DNA from: Lingula anatina
Taxonomy: Eukaryota > Animalia > Brachiopoda
Direction of reading: 5' to 3'
Assembly: GCA_051362555.1 (NCBI GenBank)
Contig: CM120642.1
Span: forward strand, 10,292,001-10,356,000
Length of the DNA: 64,000 nt
The stretch's first letter is position 1. Each line of letters opens with the position of its first letter. The notes under the pieces were generated by a model that saw only the letters and a list, made by a program, of their open reading frames with translations, had not been told where the DNA came from and ran no database searches. A program made the translations under genes and the position numbers. Below, piece by piece: positions 43,001 through 56,900 of this stretch.

Positions 43001-46000
43001 TTCATTTTTTTGATAACTTGGTCATGGGAAAATTGCTAGGGGTAAAACATGAAAATTCTTGGCAAGTGATTCTGTTTAATCTGCACTTTATCCAAACACT
43101 GTATTTCAAACTGCTACCCATCAAATACCACTGATAGTATGTTACCCTTTGAACTGAATAAATACAACCACTGAAGAGAATTCAATACACATACACGTGT
43201 GAGACTTTTGTCTTAATAAGTGTTAAAATATTCAAGTCACACTTTGAAAAAAAAAAACAATGAATTATCATCATTGATTCACATCTCACACATACATGGG
43301 ATGACTTTTAAAAACCCATGAGCTGCTTTGTTAAAATTATGCACTTTTTACTACCTACCTTGTCTAGCTTATCAACAGCAGAACATATAGACCTAAACTT
43401 CTCTTCTGGGACACCACAGGCTCCAAACATGCCATCTAGAATTTTCCTGTGATTCACCTATTAATGACAGAAGAATGGCATATCAAATTTCATCTGCTTT
43501 AACTCGATATAATCAATCTTATTTTTGTTGTATGTATATCTCACACACACACTTTCAATCACTTGATACCAATTCACAACTGAAATTGCACATTTTTTTA
43601 GTGATCTGTAATGAAAATTATATTATTATTAGGTTGTAAAAATAGTGTTGATTGTACTGGAATAAATCTTAGAATGTCTTACCTTTATCACAAATTCTCC
43701 AAGATTTAATTCTTGTAAAATTTCGGCTACAATCTTTAAACACTCAGCATCTGGTAGCATAGGGTCATATAAGCCTGCTATGTCAAAATCCTGAAACATT
43801 AAGCAAAATTTAAATATTATTTTTGACTTTCTTGCCAAATTTACATGCAATACTGTCTGGCACATCAAATCGAGATTTTTAATGATGTAAATCATGAAGT
43901 ACAGGTTCATATTCAGTTGAATAACAACTCAGGAAGTCAGAAGTCAAAACTCCTCCAATCCCCTACATGATCACATTTGAGATAAGGCATCCCATGAAGC
44001 TTACTCCATACTCATAGAAGTATACATACTTAAAATTTTCATCTCTTAAAAATAAATGCTTTTGACTTTTTTCTGTGATACATTTTACTTAGTAATATTC
44101 TTTTTAAGTTTCAACAAGTAATCAAGCTAAAAGTCATGGGGTACGTATCATATTGAAGTTACTGGTCACATATATCCCCCTTTCTGTCCAAGTTACTTAC
44201 ACACTGATAAAACTCCCTGAACCTTCCCTTAGTCATGGCGGGGTTATCTCGTCTGTACACTTTGGCTATGTGGTATCTCTTGATGTTCTGGATCTTATTC
44301 ATGGCCAGATATCTGGCAAAAGGAACCTGAAGTTGCTGGTTAAGGTGAATTTTGCTTCATGCGATATGAACGATATATAAGACTGGTGATAAATAGGTAG
44401 AAATGGTACCTATTCATCTGCACTGAAAATGTTGAGCTTTATCAGTTTGACCAGCAGGTTCTTCAAAGCTTTATCTTCTTCCCATTTTACAGCAGTAAAA
44501 TAACATTTCATTCACAAAAATATGCAAGTCTCTAATGTTTTTAATAGAAAAAGGTTTAAAAATTAAGAATAATCAATATTATGCAATCAATCCATTAAAA
44601 ATCATAAAACTTATTAACAAATGCTCTTAATAAAACCCACTATGTGTACCACATATGCAAAGATACTGTGAGATCATATCTGAGAGACAGGATCTCCCCT
44701 CCCTGGTCTTTTAGGTCATAAATAAGCTTGGAATCTTCTCCATACTTTCCTGTAAGTGTTTCCTGTAAAAAATACACTAACGTCAATCTCTACATTGTGT
44801 TTTGTGTACATGGTACATTCAAGAATCTATTTTCATGGGTTACATTTCTAAAAGGCAGCAAATACATCTTACAAAAATAAAAAAATCTCGGAAAATTTTA
44901 CATAATTTTAAAGGTAATAACAGCTGAAATCAATCATATACCACTGTATTGCATTCACTTTTTAACTTTGGTTATTCATGTCATAAAATAACATCTGTAC
45001 TTTGATTAATTTGTTTAACTAGGATATTTTAATATCATAATAAAAGATACCATAATACCACATTAAAAGTTTCTTTCAGACCATTTGATAATATGAAAAT
45101 ACCAACCTTCAGTTCAAATACTGGCGTGTCAATGGTCTCAGCACCGTGGCGTTTGAAACAACTAATGATGGTGTCAAACACACCCTCTCGTATCGCCATC
45201 TGTTGGGGACTGTAGTCTCGTGTACCCTGAAGAAAGTTCACATTTAACACAAAATATCTGTGAATCCTAACAAACAGAGATTCCTCGTTGGGAGTTTTTA
45301 AAATATAAATGGTATGCCTTAAATAGTGGACAGACATGAGCTTTTACTACACTCAGGCAACGACACCTGACCAAAAGGAATGGGTAAGTTAGGTGTGTGG
45401 AGTGTCAACACAGTGCTCCCAAGAATTAGTGTCATAGAATTGAGAGAAAAACTGAGTATGGAATATGCAAAAAAGCATAACTAATGAACAGCCAAATCTC
45501 ATCCCCTTTCCTCTCACCTTGGGAGTTTTAAGTACAAATTTCTTTGCTCCATCATCTCCAATCTGTGCTTTCAACTCTAAAAGTTTGGCCACTTCTTGCT
45601 CAATCTGAAATTATGCAAAGATATGACAAGGTAAGTTTATTCTCACAGGAGAGGCAAGGAAGAAAAACACTTCTGTCACACAACACATGATTAACACACT
45701 GCCCAAAACAACAATGAATAATTAATGCTCAATGTAGACTACAAAATACCTGATAAGATCCATTTTTATCGAAGGCATGCAAATAAATTCAGCAAGTGTC
45801 TGTTTTAATCAATGCTTAAAAAGAGACATTTCTTCAATTTAGATGGATAGTTAAGAGTGAAATGAAAAAATAAGAGAGGGTAACAATACTGTGGTACAAC
45901 ATAAATTTTGCTATGAGATAAAAGTTTGCTTTGAATAAAGAAAACCCATTATCTTCCAAATATCTAGTATTGATTACATGCAATGATTTGATGCCAAGTC

Positions 46001-49000
46001 ACAATTGCAACCTGGATATACCAAACAATGATAATACTCCAGTGAGAAAAGAAACTATCACCTAGTACAGCATATGACTAACCTGTTCAATTGTCATTCC
46101 ATGGTGACAATGACGTTGTAGCACAGGTACGTGACCACGTTTACAAGTGCGCAACAAGGAGTGAATGAAACGACGACATTTGATTCCAGAAGCCATGTCA
46201 ATCCGCAGAAGTATGGGGTAAAGGATAGGTGACGCACATGGAAAGATGAGAGAAAGCCTCTATGTCAGCAACTCGCATCTATCTGTGGATGCAAAAAAAT
46301 GGCTGGTTTCCATGACACCAAAATTCACTCTGACTGCAGAACTTAGCCAATTATAGTCCAAGGCAATCTTTGAATTTAATATTTCTACATTTTTCTCAGG
46401 TGATAAACAGTTTATTAGTAATATCCTTCAATCACCCTATTGATTTTAATCATTTTTCCATCACAGCCTTAATGCACATTTTCAACTCTAATGATTTCTA
46501 AGATGGCATTGGTATGTTAAATGCTACAAGCACAATGCCAAGCATGCAATGTGACATTTAACATTTCTATCATATTTAAAATATAAATATTTTGGACTAT
46601 AACAACCCTGTGAGGTGTCGCTTTGATAAAATTTTGACCTGTTGTGACTGCTAGGTAAATCATTGACTAAAATGTCTATGGTTTTATAATAGCTGTTAAA
46701 TTTTTGATAAAATCATTTTGCCAGCTGCCTCGATATGCACATTCATGTCCATAACTGAACCTTTTTCATCAAAACCATCTGAAAAACAAGGTGCACGTTA
46801 AGCAATGGCCTGACAGACAATTCTGTGCACTACTTTAGCCAAAAACAAATAAATAAATAAATAAATAAAAATGAAACAGCTGGTGCTATACCCAGAAAAT
46901 TTTCATTTTATTTGAGAACCAAAAAGACCCAGGAATTAATCAAGCTGCAAAGCTTCGTTAAACGGGACAACCTGGACAAGAGGAGTCTTCATTATTAGAA
47001 AAAAATATATTTTAAACCTCAACTTCACCTGAGATTTATAGTGCAATGGCTTATGGGTTTTCAACTCCTTGATATGTTCTCCTATAACTCGCACCTCTCT
47101 GTACTTTTGCATCTCTGGAGGTATGATAGGTTTTCCATACATACTGCATGCATCACTGTTCTCTTCCAAATAAAATATGTTTACCATGAAATAATCACCT
47201 GTTTTCTATAGTTAACGCATTGCTTATTAATGGCAACTTGCACAACTGTGGCTATGCCAGTAACCAGTAGCCAGCTTGGTAGATGTTTATTTCTACCTAC
47301 AGTGACAATGACCAAATGACCACTAGTTTAAATAATCAGATATATTACAGCATAAAAACAACAGCTCCCTCAGTTTTCCGGGTTACTTCCCAGGCTCTTT
47401 CACACAGAAGTGACAGCAAAATGTTATCTTCATGAAGTTAAGCCAATTATAATGCCACTTTTCAAACAATTCACTGTGACAATGTTATTGCTGTTTTAAA
47501 AATGGGTGTCAAGTTCCACAGACAAGCGACATAGCTGTCCTCTTTCTGTGTATGAGCACAGCACGCAAGTGTGCTTCCAGTGCAAATTTGATAGTTTGAC
47601 TTGCATGCACGCATGCCTTTCCACTTTGGGCATAAACAATGTGTATAGTTCCACTTGAAGTGACAGCAACTGTAATTTTCCGGTAGATCTCCAACGCTCA
47701 CTTCCACCACAGCAGAGGAATAACCTTAGATGTCCAGTTCTCCTCCCAGCACAGATTTTACTTGCCACAATAGGCTACCTCTTAGAAGTATATTCTAACC
47801 AGTCCACAAAGTATAACAAGCCGCAACACACTCTCAAGTATCTTATTACACAGCAATCTATTGACTGTAATATATCAGCCTGACATGCTCGTACACTTCC
47901 AAAATCTTTTTATACTTGCACATGCACAGTGCATGTCAAGTCAGTGAACTGCTGGTAGTACAGCACATGATCTTTCCGATTACCAAGCAGATATGTCATA
48001 AGTTCATGGTAAAATGGGATTAATTTCTAAATTCCGATTTTGACATCCTCATGGAAATAGTACTTAAACGTTTGGGAAAAAGTGCACACTGATTGTGATA
48101 GCCCTTCCTCTTGTACAGCAAAGAGGAGAAAAATGAAGCTACTTCTTCACTATGTCTAAATTAGACATTGCCTTTTTGACCTAAAGTCCTTCGTGGGGTT
48201 GGCAAGATCTGTGAAGTGCTGGCTAATTTAAGCCTCAAGGCTTGCCAACCTTGACTTTCTTATCAGTTTTTATCATGTTGTCTAACCCCAGACTGTCTTA
48301 AGCAACCATCAAGGTCTACCACTCTTGTGGTCAGTTTAATTAAATTTTATTCATTTTTACCTTATCTGAACTACAAGGTTGGGTTCTGGTCTCACTTGCT
48401 GTATAGATACAGGTGAGACTTATTTGACAGACCATTATGTGGAAAATGTGAAGAAAGCAACCTAGCTCATAGGAAATGACAAAAAGTCAATAATTACAGG
48501 GCTCAGAGCAAAAAGGAAAGAGAAAGAAAGTATGATGAAATAATGGTAAGTTTCATGCAATAACAGATTTTCTTATCATTTTAGTTTAACTAAGAATTTT
48601 TTTATGTATACATCAATTACCAAAATGGATCCAACTGTTTCATTATTTTAATATGATATCAATTAAAATGAACCAGTACTACAAATAAAAATAAATCAAT
48701 AGAAATAAAAACTAATTTTTTTTTGTTTGTTTTTCATCACTGTTCTTTCTTGTTTCCTTGTTACTATCAGCAGGTGTATCATGCACTTTGCATTAAATTA
48801 ATTTCACAAATTTCCCCCAGCCCCTTATAACAATGTTTAAAGTGTTAGCTAGCTCGCGTTCCTAAGGGAAGATTTAGGGCGTCTTCTGGGTTTTTTGGAA
48901 GACGGTAAGATTTTCAAGTTTACATTGACGGCTATCTAATGTTTTGTGTCGGAAGACGGTCAAATATGGAGGATGGATCAATAAAGATAATTTGGAAGAC

Positions 49001-49894
49001 TGTCAGAAAATATCTCTGGACCCGCCCTTGCATTCCTTTTTACTATTTCTGATATGTAAGTTAATATATGTGCAAATACATGAAAGACATGAGTTTTCAT
49101 TACTATAAAATGATGGTCAGCTAGCGATTACCATGATGCAGGACACTCAAGTTTTTTGATTACCTCTTACCTCTTCAATTCCCACACTGTTGAAAGCCAA
49201 AGGTAAGCATAATAAATGAATTAATAAATGACCGCCTCCTAACTCAGTCGAGTTGAAAATGAAGACTTGAGTGCTAAATCATGTAACTTTGCTTTACATG
49301 TTAAGCAATGTAAAACTAATCACAATATTATCAATGTCATTGACATATATTCCTTTCTGAAATTAACTTAGCTACTAGCACGTAACTAGATTTTTCACAT
49401 AATTCATATACCCATCACTGTCATGGTACGTCCATCACAGATGTGAAGGTAACACAAATGGTCAAATGCGATTGCATCATTCATGTGTTAACTCCGTTAT
49501 TGTACGACTTTGATATTGTCTGTAGTGTAGGCAAATCTACTAAACACGAGGTCATTAACCGACTAGTTGTCAACATTACTACCTAAATTTAGCACGTAAA
49601 ATACGTGTCAAAGTAAACTGATACAGATCGACCTTTGTGTTTGCTGAAGTAAAGTTCTGTGTTTCTCCACTTTGCAACACGTGTTGAACAAATCGAGACA
49701 GCTGACCGGCATAAATTCGCCTCCCAGTTTGAGAGAAAAACAAATCAGTTTTTCTTATATAATGGTGAGGTAATAGAGCACTGTTTGTATATACAAACCT
49801 GTTCTTTATCTGCCTTGTCCGCCTTCAATTTTCTGACAACTTCCCCCTGAACTTTTATTTTTTCCTGAATTTCGGCACGATCTACTGTCGCCAT
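40087..49894 (-). CDS. HARS: Histidyl-tRNA synthetase, 14 exons for the cytosolic WHEP form (exon 1 49894-49799; exon 2 45604-45518; last exon ends TAA at 40087)
   Basis: [31 protein letters not shown]...VAKLLELK; KTPKGTRD; LRYDLTVPFARY; [15 protein letters not shown]; [10 protein letters not shown]; GGGRYDNL; SIGVER; anticodon-binding domain. Confidence 0.98.
44327..44666 (-). other. U12-type (minor spliceosome) GT-AG intron of HARS
   Basis: Donor GTATCTTTG; branch site CACCTTAAC about 12 nt upstream of the CAG acceptor; no long pyrimidine tract. Confidence 0.88.
46083..46196 (-). CDS. Candidate alternative first coding exon of HARS encoding a mitochondrial presequence
   Basis: ATG at 46196, [38 protein letters not shown], phase-0 donor CAG|GTTAGT compatible with exon 2 or 3. 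Confidence 0.65.
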
Positions 49895-50689
49895 TTTAGA
49901 ACCTCGATTTGATAACAAGACAATCCTTATCCCAGTCTACCGCATGCAAACTAGTGGCTAATCAGTACTGAAACGACATGTATACATGTGTAGGCCTACA
50001 TGTCGTAAAACGACATTTAAGGTCCACATTGGACTACAGTGTACCATTTAGCGAAAATAGATACGACCAAGAGCGATGAAGTATTTTTAAAATGAATAAC
50101 ATATAATCGTCCAACGAAGAGGGGCCTGCGAGTATGTAAAAAAAATCACCACGAAGAACTAAATCTAAATACTAACTAAGGGGGGGGGGTAGTTAAACGT
50201 ACTAAAAATAGGAAATGATGGAGGCCTATTAATAATTGCACAATACGCCCACTCAGGCACTTTAATAGTTAAAGAAATATCAATTTCTTGTATTATATAA
50301 TTAGTACACTAGGTCTTCCTACATGAAAAACAATTTAATTGGAACGGACAATTTTACTGGCATGATATTCGAAGTCATTCGCCCATGTTAACGTGTTTGA
50401 ATATTACTTCTAATAACAATGTGATATTCTTTGTGTTTGTTTAAAACAAAATAAAACCATGTCAGAGAGGAATTTTTATTGGTGAAATAAAGTTACTGAA
50501 TGTAGTAAAAGTTGCCCAATATCGCATACTGGTAGTCCCTTGAAATTCCCGAGGCACAGGCCTGCTATAAAAGCTTGTTATCTAGCGCTGTAAAGGGGCA
50601 TATGCCTACATGATCATACCCGGTACATGTCATTCAGTAGAAAAAATTAGCATAAAAATAATGAAAAAAACACGCATTTTTGGCAATTT

Positions 50690-53600
50690 TTAGATTTCTT
50701 CCACGATAATTCTGGTAGCACTGGCCCATCCTGTGTATGCATTGGCTGTTTCAGAAGCACGGTTTCTGCATTGCCCAACATGAAAACCAATCACCACTTC
50801 TCCGGCTGCCAGGTTCTCACAGATTCCTTCAACTGAAAGGTTGCAAAGGGAGATACACGTAAATGTTAAAGATAAAAGGGAGCAATCAAGAATTTGCAAT
50901 GTTAAAACATGTAAAACTTCATATTCTCATTATTCCTTGTGCAATTATTGTCAATTGAATACTAATGCACACACGATCTATCTAGGCTACTTTTACTCTT
51001 CATTTTTATCCATTTTTTTTTTTTTTTCATTAAAGCATCAACATATGGTATAATCGTAGGCCTACAAGTAATGGGTGCTTACTCAACCCACCACCTTTGT
51101 CATCATCCACGAGTCTTTAACACAGAAAGCAGAGTTAGGTTTTCAGGGTGCTAAGGGATAGGCCTACCCCCCCCCCCCCCCTCGCTACATTTTTATACAT
51201 GGTTAACCCCCCCCCCCCCCCCCATATACACGCAAGTGCGAGCAGTCATGTGCTTCCTTCAACTGTACGCGCCTGAAGAGCATGCAAAGTGCAGTCTCTT
51301 TTTCAAAAAGTATTGCCAAAAAGAATTAAACATTATTACTTTTATCTATACAGTATATGTGCCGCACTTTCATAATATATGGTACAGTACATTGCATTCT
51401 AACTTACTGGTGGAATGCTGGTGAACATTATATGTATGGCTGGAATAAAACTGTCCATCTATAAACGTTGGGCTGTCACATTCAGTGCCGTTGAAAGTAA
51501 ACCAATATCTGCGACAGGCTTCATTTTTTCCAGCAGTTGCCATGATACGGACATTACCATGGAAACCGACACGGAGCATGGTTGTTCCCGTTGTTTTGGT
51601 AAACCACACGTCCTGAAATTAAATGCAAACGTAACATTTATTATTCATTTAAAAAAAACCACCTGTTTACAAAGAGTCGTTACTCGTTAAAGCGATAATA
51701 ACTCTTCGTTTTGGCCAAAAAATGAATTTTCCTGGAGTAAACAACAATTTTCCCATACTTACCAATGATTACTGAATCCATTTTTACATTCAAAGTTAGT
51801 CCCTGGTTTTTTTCTAAAAAGTTTGGTTTTTGGTTAAAATCTCTTAAGAGATTTTAACAGAGTATAGCCATCAATGGAGGTCACGTGGTCTGAAGACAAG
51901 CTCAGATATCAGAATAATAGCTATAACTGCTGTTTTTGTCGTATAACAGGATATATTATATTTCTATGAGTTATTAACAATGTTTTTATTGTGAAATATA
52001 AACCTCATACGAAGAGTTATTATCCCTTTAAGCAATTTTTTAATATTTTCTGGGCTTATTATTATTATTATTATTATTTTCTGGTCCGACTTCAGTGACA
52101 TACCTCGCATCCTAAAATAAAAGGCTTATTAATTTCTCATTATTTGGTTATTTACTGTGTGTGACTGATTTGGCAGATATCATATCCTGAAATATGCCAA
52201 TTTTAATTTTGCCGATTATTTGGCTATTTCCTGATATGACAGAACATGAAAACTATGTGGAAGTTTTAAGACTGGGGTTAAGGTATAGCTTACTCATTTA
52301 AACCAAGTCATATTTTTATGTCTAACTACCCCACAAACCTACTGATCTTCCCCAATCCAACCCCTCAAGATAGTGAATGAAATCCCCTCGAACAAAAGTA
52401 CCTGTCGTCGATATTTCCTATAGAATTATACAGGAAGACATCAGCGGAGACATGCCCTATGGCTGTCTAAATGACTGGTCAGTCACAAAGTACCACATTA
52501 TTTCATTAGAAACAGTACATATAAACGTTGAATCCAAGTACAGAGGCGGGTAGAGCTATTATTCTTGGAGAGGACAAAAATTAGATTTGGTGAAAAAATC
52601 CCGGATGTAATAGGATATTATTAATCATCTGTGTGGCATGGCAGGAATTTCCCCCTGTATTGTCCATTTTAATTTTTATTTCGGGGGGGGGGGGGGGGGG
52701 GGGGTAGTAACATTTTTCACAATACACAGATACAGTACAAGTATGCAAGATCATACATCGTACGCACATAATTCTAAATTGAAATTAAATTGTTCACAAA
52801 ATGTCTGTTACCTTAATTAAACCGACATCCCTATCGTCGTTGATATCTGTCCATGTAAACTGTTTCACGTTTCTAGGGGAACAAGGGGTTCCTGGAATAA
52901 ATTTGGATAGATTATGATATATTAAAATGAGACTTCGGGATGATTTGATATTACCTGTGCAATTGTCTTTTTTCACTTAAACTCCCCGATGCCCCAACAC
53001 TCGTCTTCTTTCATTCTCATCAATTCACAAAGAATCCGGGTTCAATTCCTCTTGGCAGGCTAATATACTGCTTTAAAATCCACCTCAAGTTAAAACTCTC
53101 TATAAATTACCCAAAAAGGCCCTCAATAAGGTATATGTTATTGTAACTAAAGTATATAGAATATTTAGAATATTTACAACAGAACTACGCATTGTGCATG
53201 TACATGTAATGAAGCCCTAATTAAAAATACCCACGCTGTGTGAAAAAGAACTGATGTGAATCCGAGACTCACCAGCTTCCCCCTTTGGTCCTGGTGGTCC
53301 AGTTTCACCCCGAAGTCCGTCTCTGCCATCTCTGCCATCTCTTCCATCAGTTCCGTCTTTTCCATCCTTTCCATTTTGATAACATTGCTACAATGAAAGC
53401 TTCTGATGAGACTATAATCATTTTCTGTAAAATAAGCTTGAAATATTTTCATGTATCTTCATGTAAACGAAACACAGGATAAAGACTTTATAATTCACAG
53501 AAAAATCTGTAAAATGTTTTCAAAATTATGACTTGTGAAGTGAAATATCGAATTTTCATATGGTGGAATCCAAATTAGTGAACTTTTTCATCTTCTGAGA

Positions 53601-53980
53601 ATTTTAATATCTTTAAAACAAACAGGACATGTTACATGTGGTGAGAATATCGAGACTATGTCAGATTTCAGAGTTTCGGGGAGATCGCAGTTGGCCTTTA
53701 GGAAAAGTATCGAAATAAATTATCAAAATCCACTTCACAGTCTATTTCCCGCAATGCTGTCTAGTCTTTCTTCGCCTTTACGATTAATTGCCTTCTGAAT
53801 TTATTACACTGACTGTACCTGAAGAAATAAAAACATTAGTAATATTAAAGCTGGAAGATGTGTAATGTGATGACACTAAGCGAGTTCTCCATTGGCTTAT
53901 CTTACCTGGGCATCTGTCGCCAGTTGGCTTATGCTAAATGTTGCCAAAACAACAAAAATTACAGTTGTTGAATATTTCAT
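50690..53980 (-). CDS. CTHRC1: Collagen triple helix repeat-containing protein 1-like; exons ~53980-53906, ~53387-53273, ~52891-52812, ~51612-51408, ~50833-50690
   Basis: Signal peptide MKYSTTVIFVVLATF; about 11 Gly-X-Y repeats (GKDGKDGTDGRDGRDGRDGLRGETGPPGPKGEA); RNVKQFTW, CRRYWFTFNGTEC, VEGICE, AYTGWASATRIIVEE typical of the CTHRC1 C-terminal domain. Confidence 0.9.
51691..52027. mobile_element. MITE with TTAA TSD (Kolobok-like) in a CTHRC1 intron
   Basis: TTAA|AGCGATAATAACTCTTCGT ... ACGAAGAGTTATTATCCCT|TTAA: 19-bp TIR with one mismatch. Confidence 0.8.
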
Positions 53981-56900
53981 ATCAGTGGCTGGATGGGATC
54001 TGTATCCGACTGCAGAATGCTTTTAACATGTACCCCTGTATATGTATCTTGACTATAATGAACCCAAGCTTTAAGCAAAGTCACTCTGATTTGCTCCAAC
54101 AGGATATAAACTAACCGCTTAGTAACGCTCTGATTGTTTTCAATCTCCTCTTGGCTTCATCAGATGAAATAGGCTACGTCAAAATATAGTCACAGCGAAG
54201 CCATTTGCTTCAAAATAACGGAAGATAATAACTATTAACAAAGGCTTAATCGTTGTAACACCATCTGCGCGTACGTAGAGAGGTGGATTATAAGGAGGCG
54301 GTGCTTTCAAACATTTCTCAAAGTAACAACTGGGCATGTACAATGAAGACTATTAAAATTTGGGGTGCGAAATGAAGCAAAACATAATTATTTCAAGACT
54401 TTAATGTGGCGATTTTCTATTTAAAACAGGATTAGTGGAAATATGGATGTAACAGAACGTGGAAATGCTATATAGACTTAAGATATTTATGATAAAGAGT
54501 AAATCAGAATTTGCTGTGTGTGTATGTACTAGTAGTAAAAATAATGTACTCGGCAGAAACAGGATTTGAATTAAATATCAAGTCAAGCGCTGATTGTCCT
54601 TCACCCAAACAGAGGCACATAATGCGAGGCATGGTTATTATCGGTTCTTTTACATTGATATTAGTGATGGTCTCTTAATAATGTCTCAGAAATACATAAA
54701 TGTAACAGTATGGAAATCATTGGAGTCAATCGATCTGGGTCATGTATCCTAATACGCTTTACGGTAGGGTAAAGCCTACACTGTATGTCAAACTAAAATG
54801 GCTTTAAAGACAATATTATCCCACTTGTAGTTTTACTGTCACTTCATTTATCAATTATTTGGTCAACTTTTGAATGATGTACAGTGTACAGTGTAGCTCG
54901 CCTGTTTAGAAGTGTTACAAACATACGCCAAAACCACAAGTGAACTTTTGAACTGATACAACAGCGGGTATACCCCAGGAACAATTTCATTTTGCCAAGC
55001 CAGGACACACAGAACCCGTGCGCACAGAGCACTTGCAGTCGCAGATTAATTGAAGTTAAAAAGGGTTACTAATTTTTTGCTCATTTTGTCAAATGTTACT
55101 GGAAGCAACCCTTTGTAATTGTATTGTTTTATTTAATACTGGTCTCTAGTTTATGGCATTGTATTTTATTTTCCCGCTTTGTTTTTATTTATCATCATAA
55201 TATTTGATATTCTGGCAAACCTCTGTTAAAAGGTTATACCTTGCGGTATCATTTGCAGATAATAGCATATTTTCCGTATATACATGTATATTTGGCATAT
55301 TGTAACTAACTTAAATTATCCATCATTATTTTTTAAATGTATTTTCCTTTTGGCTTAGGAAGGTGTGCGTGGATGGTTATATACTTATGTCGAAATTCAA
55401 TGAAAACATTTTCTTATATCATAATAAATAGACAACATTTTGACTTTTATTAAAATTTATTTCTAATATAAGATTTGTTCAGGTAAAAATCGTCAGTCAA
55501 ACACATCAACTTTATTATTCAAAAATCAACCAAGCACACGAATCAAAAGCAAAAGCACTTATGCACAGAACTTTGAAATTATACATCATTTCACGAACTG
55601 ACCAGGGTATAAGAAAGAGCACAGGTAGCATCTTTTCACCATTTTGTCTCCTTTGGAGCTTCTGAGGCAGATATTTTGAATAAAGTAGTACAAAGAAATT
55701 TGTACCTCTCTGCCCTTTATACAGCATGCAACCCAACGCCTCAACCATATTACCACTACAAACCCTGCGCCCCAGTATACATACGGTTATGACTCGGATC
55801 TTTTTAATGGGGAAAATTTACCAGTTTTTGAGATGCATAATAAAAGATTCATTAAAAACACATTTCTGTGTAGCATTTGTTGTGCATATACTCATATCCT
55901 GTGTATAGAATGGAACTATCAGGTTGCATGCTTTTTAGTCATGTTGCTACAGCTGAAAAGGAACGATCTGATTTCAAGAATTTATGACTTTGAAAAATTA
56001 CAGAATCTTTAATTTTACAATTTCCCCTTTGAAAAAATCGAGTCATTACCGTATCAATTTGTAGATGAATAAGTATGCCACTATGTTATCCGTCCTGTAA
56101 AAATGAATATCAGTTATACCTTCCACACTGTTCAGTCATTGGCCTTCCAAATTTCAAATACGATTACATTAAAATATAATAACTCAAAGCTCAGTTAGAT
56201 CAGAGTGTAATTTTACAATGTTTGATACAAAAAGCATATGATATGTACATTTTTAAGCAATCCTTCATTTTAACACACAAATACGTATGTTAAGATACTT
56301 CATGGTATATTACCACTTCATGGGATAAATGCTCTGATTTTACTGTCAAATCGACTTCATAGGATAAATTGCGACTTCATCTCCACATAAGATATTGCCT
56401 GCGACTTCATGGGATAATGGTGAAAAAGTACCTGTTGTTGGCCCAACGTTATGAGAGAGAAATATAATGTTTTTGTACTGTAAATATTATCCAAAATAGG
56501 TAAACTGTACGTTTTAATTCACTTGTATGACTGAATAGGGTTTCTTTAGTGGTATTGGATGCATGTTTTGAGTAATTTTAAAATACACAGGCGTATGTAG
56601 GTGAGGATCCAGTATTTCTAAAAATCAGTACATTATGGGAGATTATGATCAGCGTGGAAGAAATAGGGGGTCCAGACCCCCTGGGTCCTCCCCTCCCAGA
56701 TCCGCTTGATACATAAAACTACTGGATCAGGTAAACCAGGCTATGAAAACATAATTTACGCGTAGGTTACTGGATTATAAGATGGATAAATAAACAAATA
56801 GGAATCAATTATTAAAGATAAATAAATAGATAATAAAAAGAAGCAGAGAAGGTCGTGTATATAATTGTGCTCTACAATTATCTTGATCAAGTCGCATCCC

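Noticed and set aside
47496-47768. 90-aa Arg-rich ORF in HARS intron 1 as a targeting exon
   Set aside because: GTG start, no convincing in-phase donor, and out of frame with the 47029 exon candidate.
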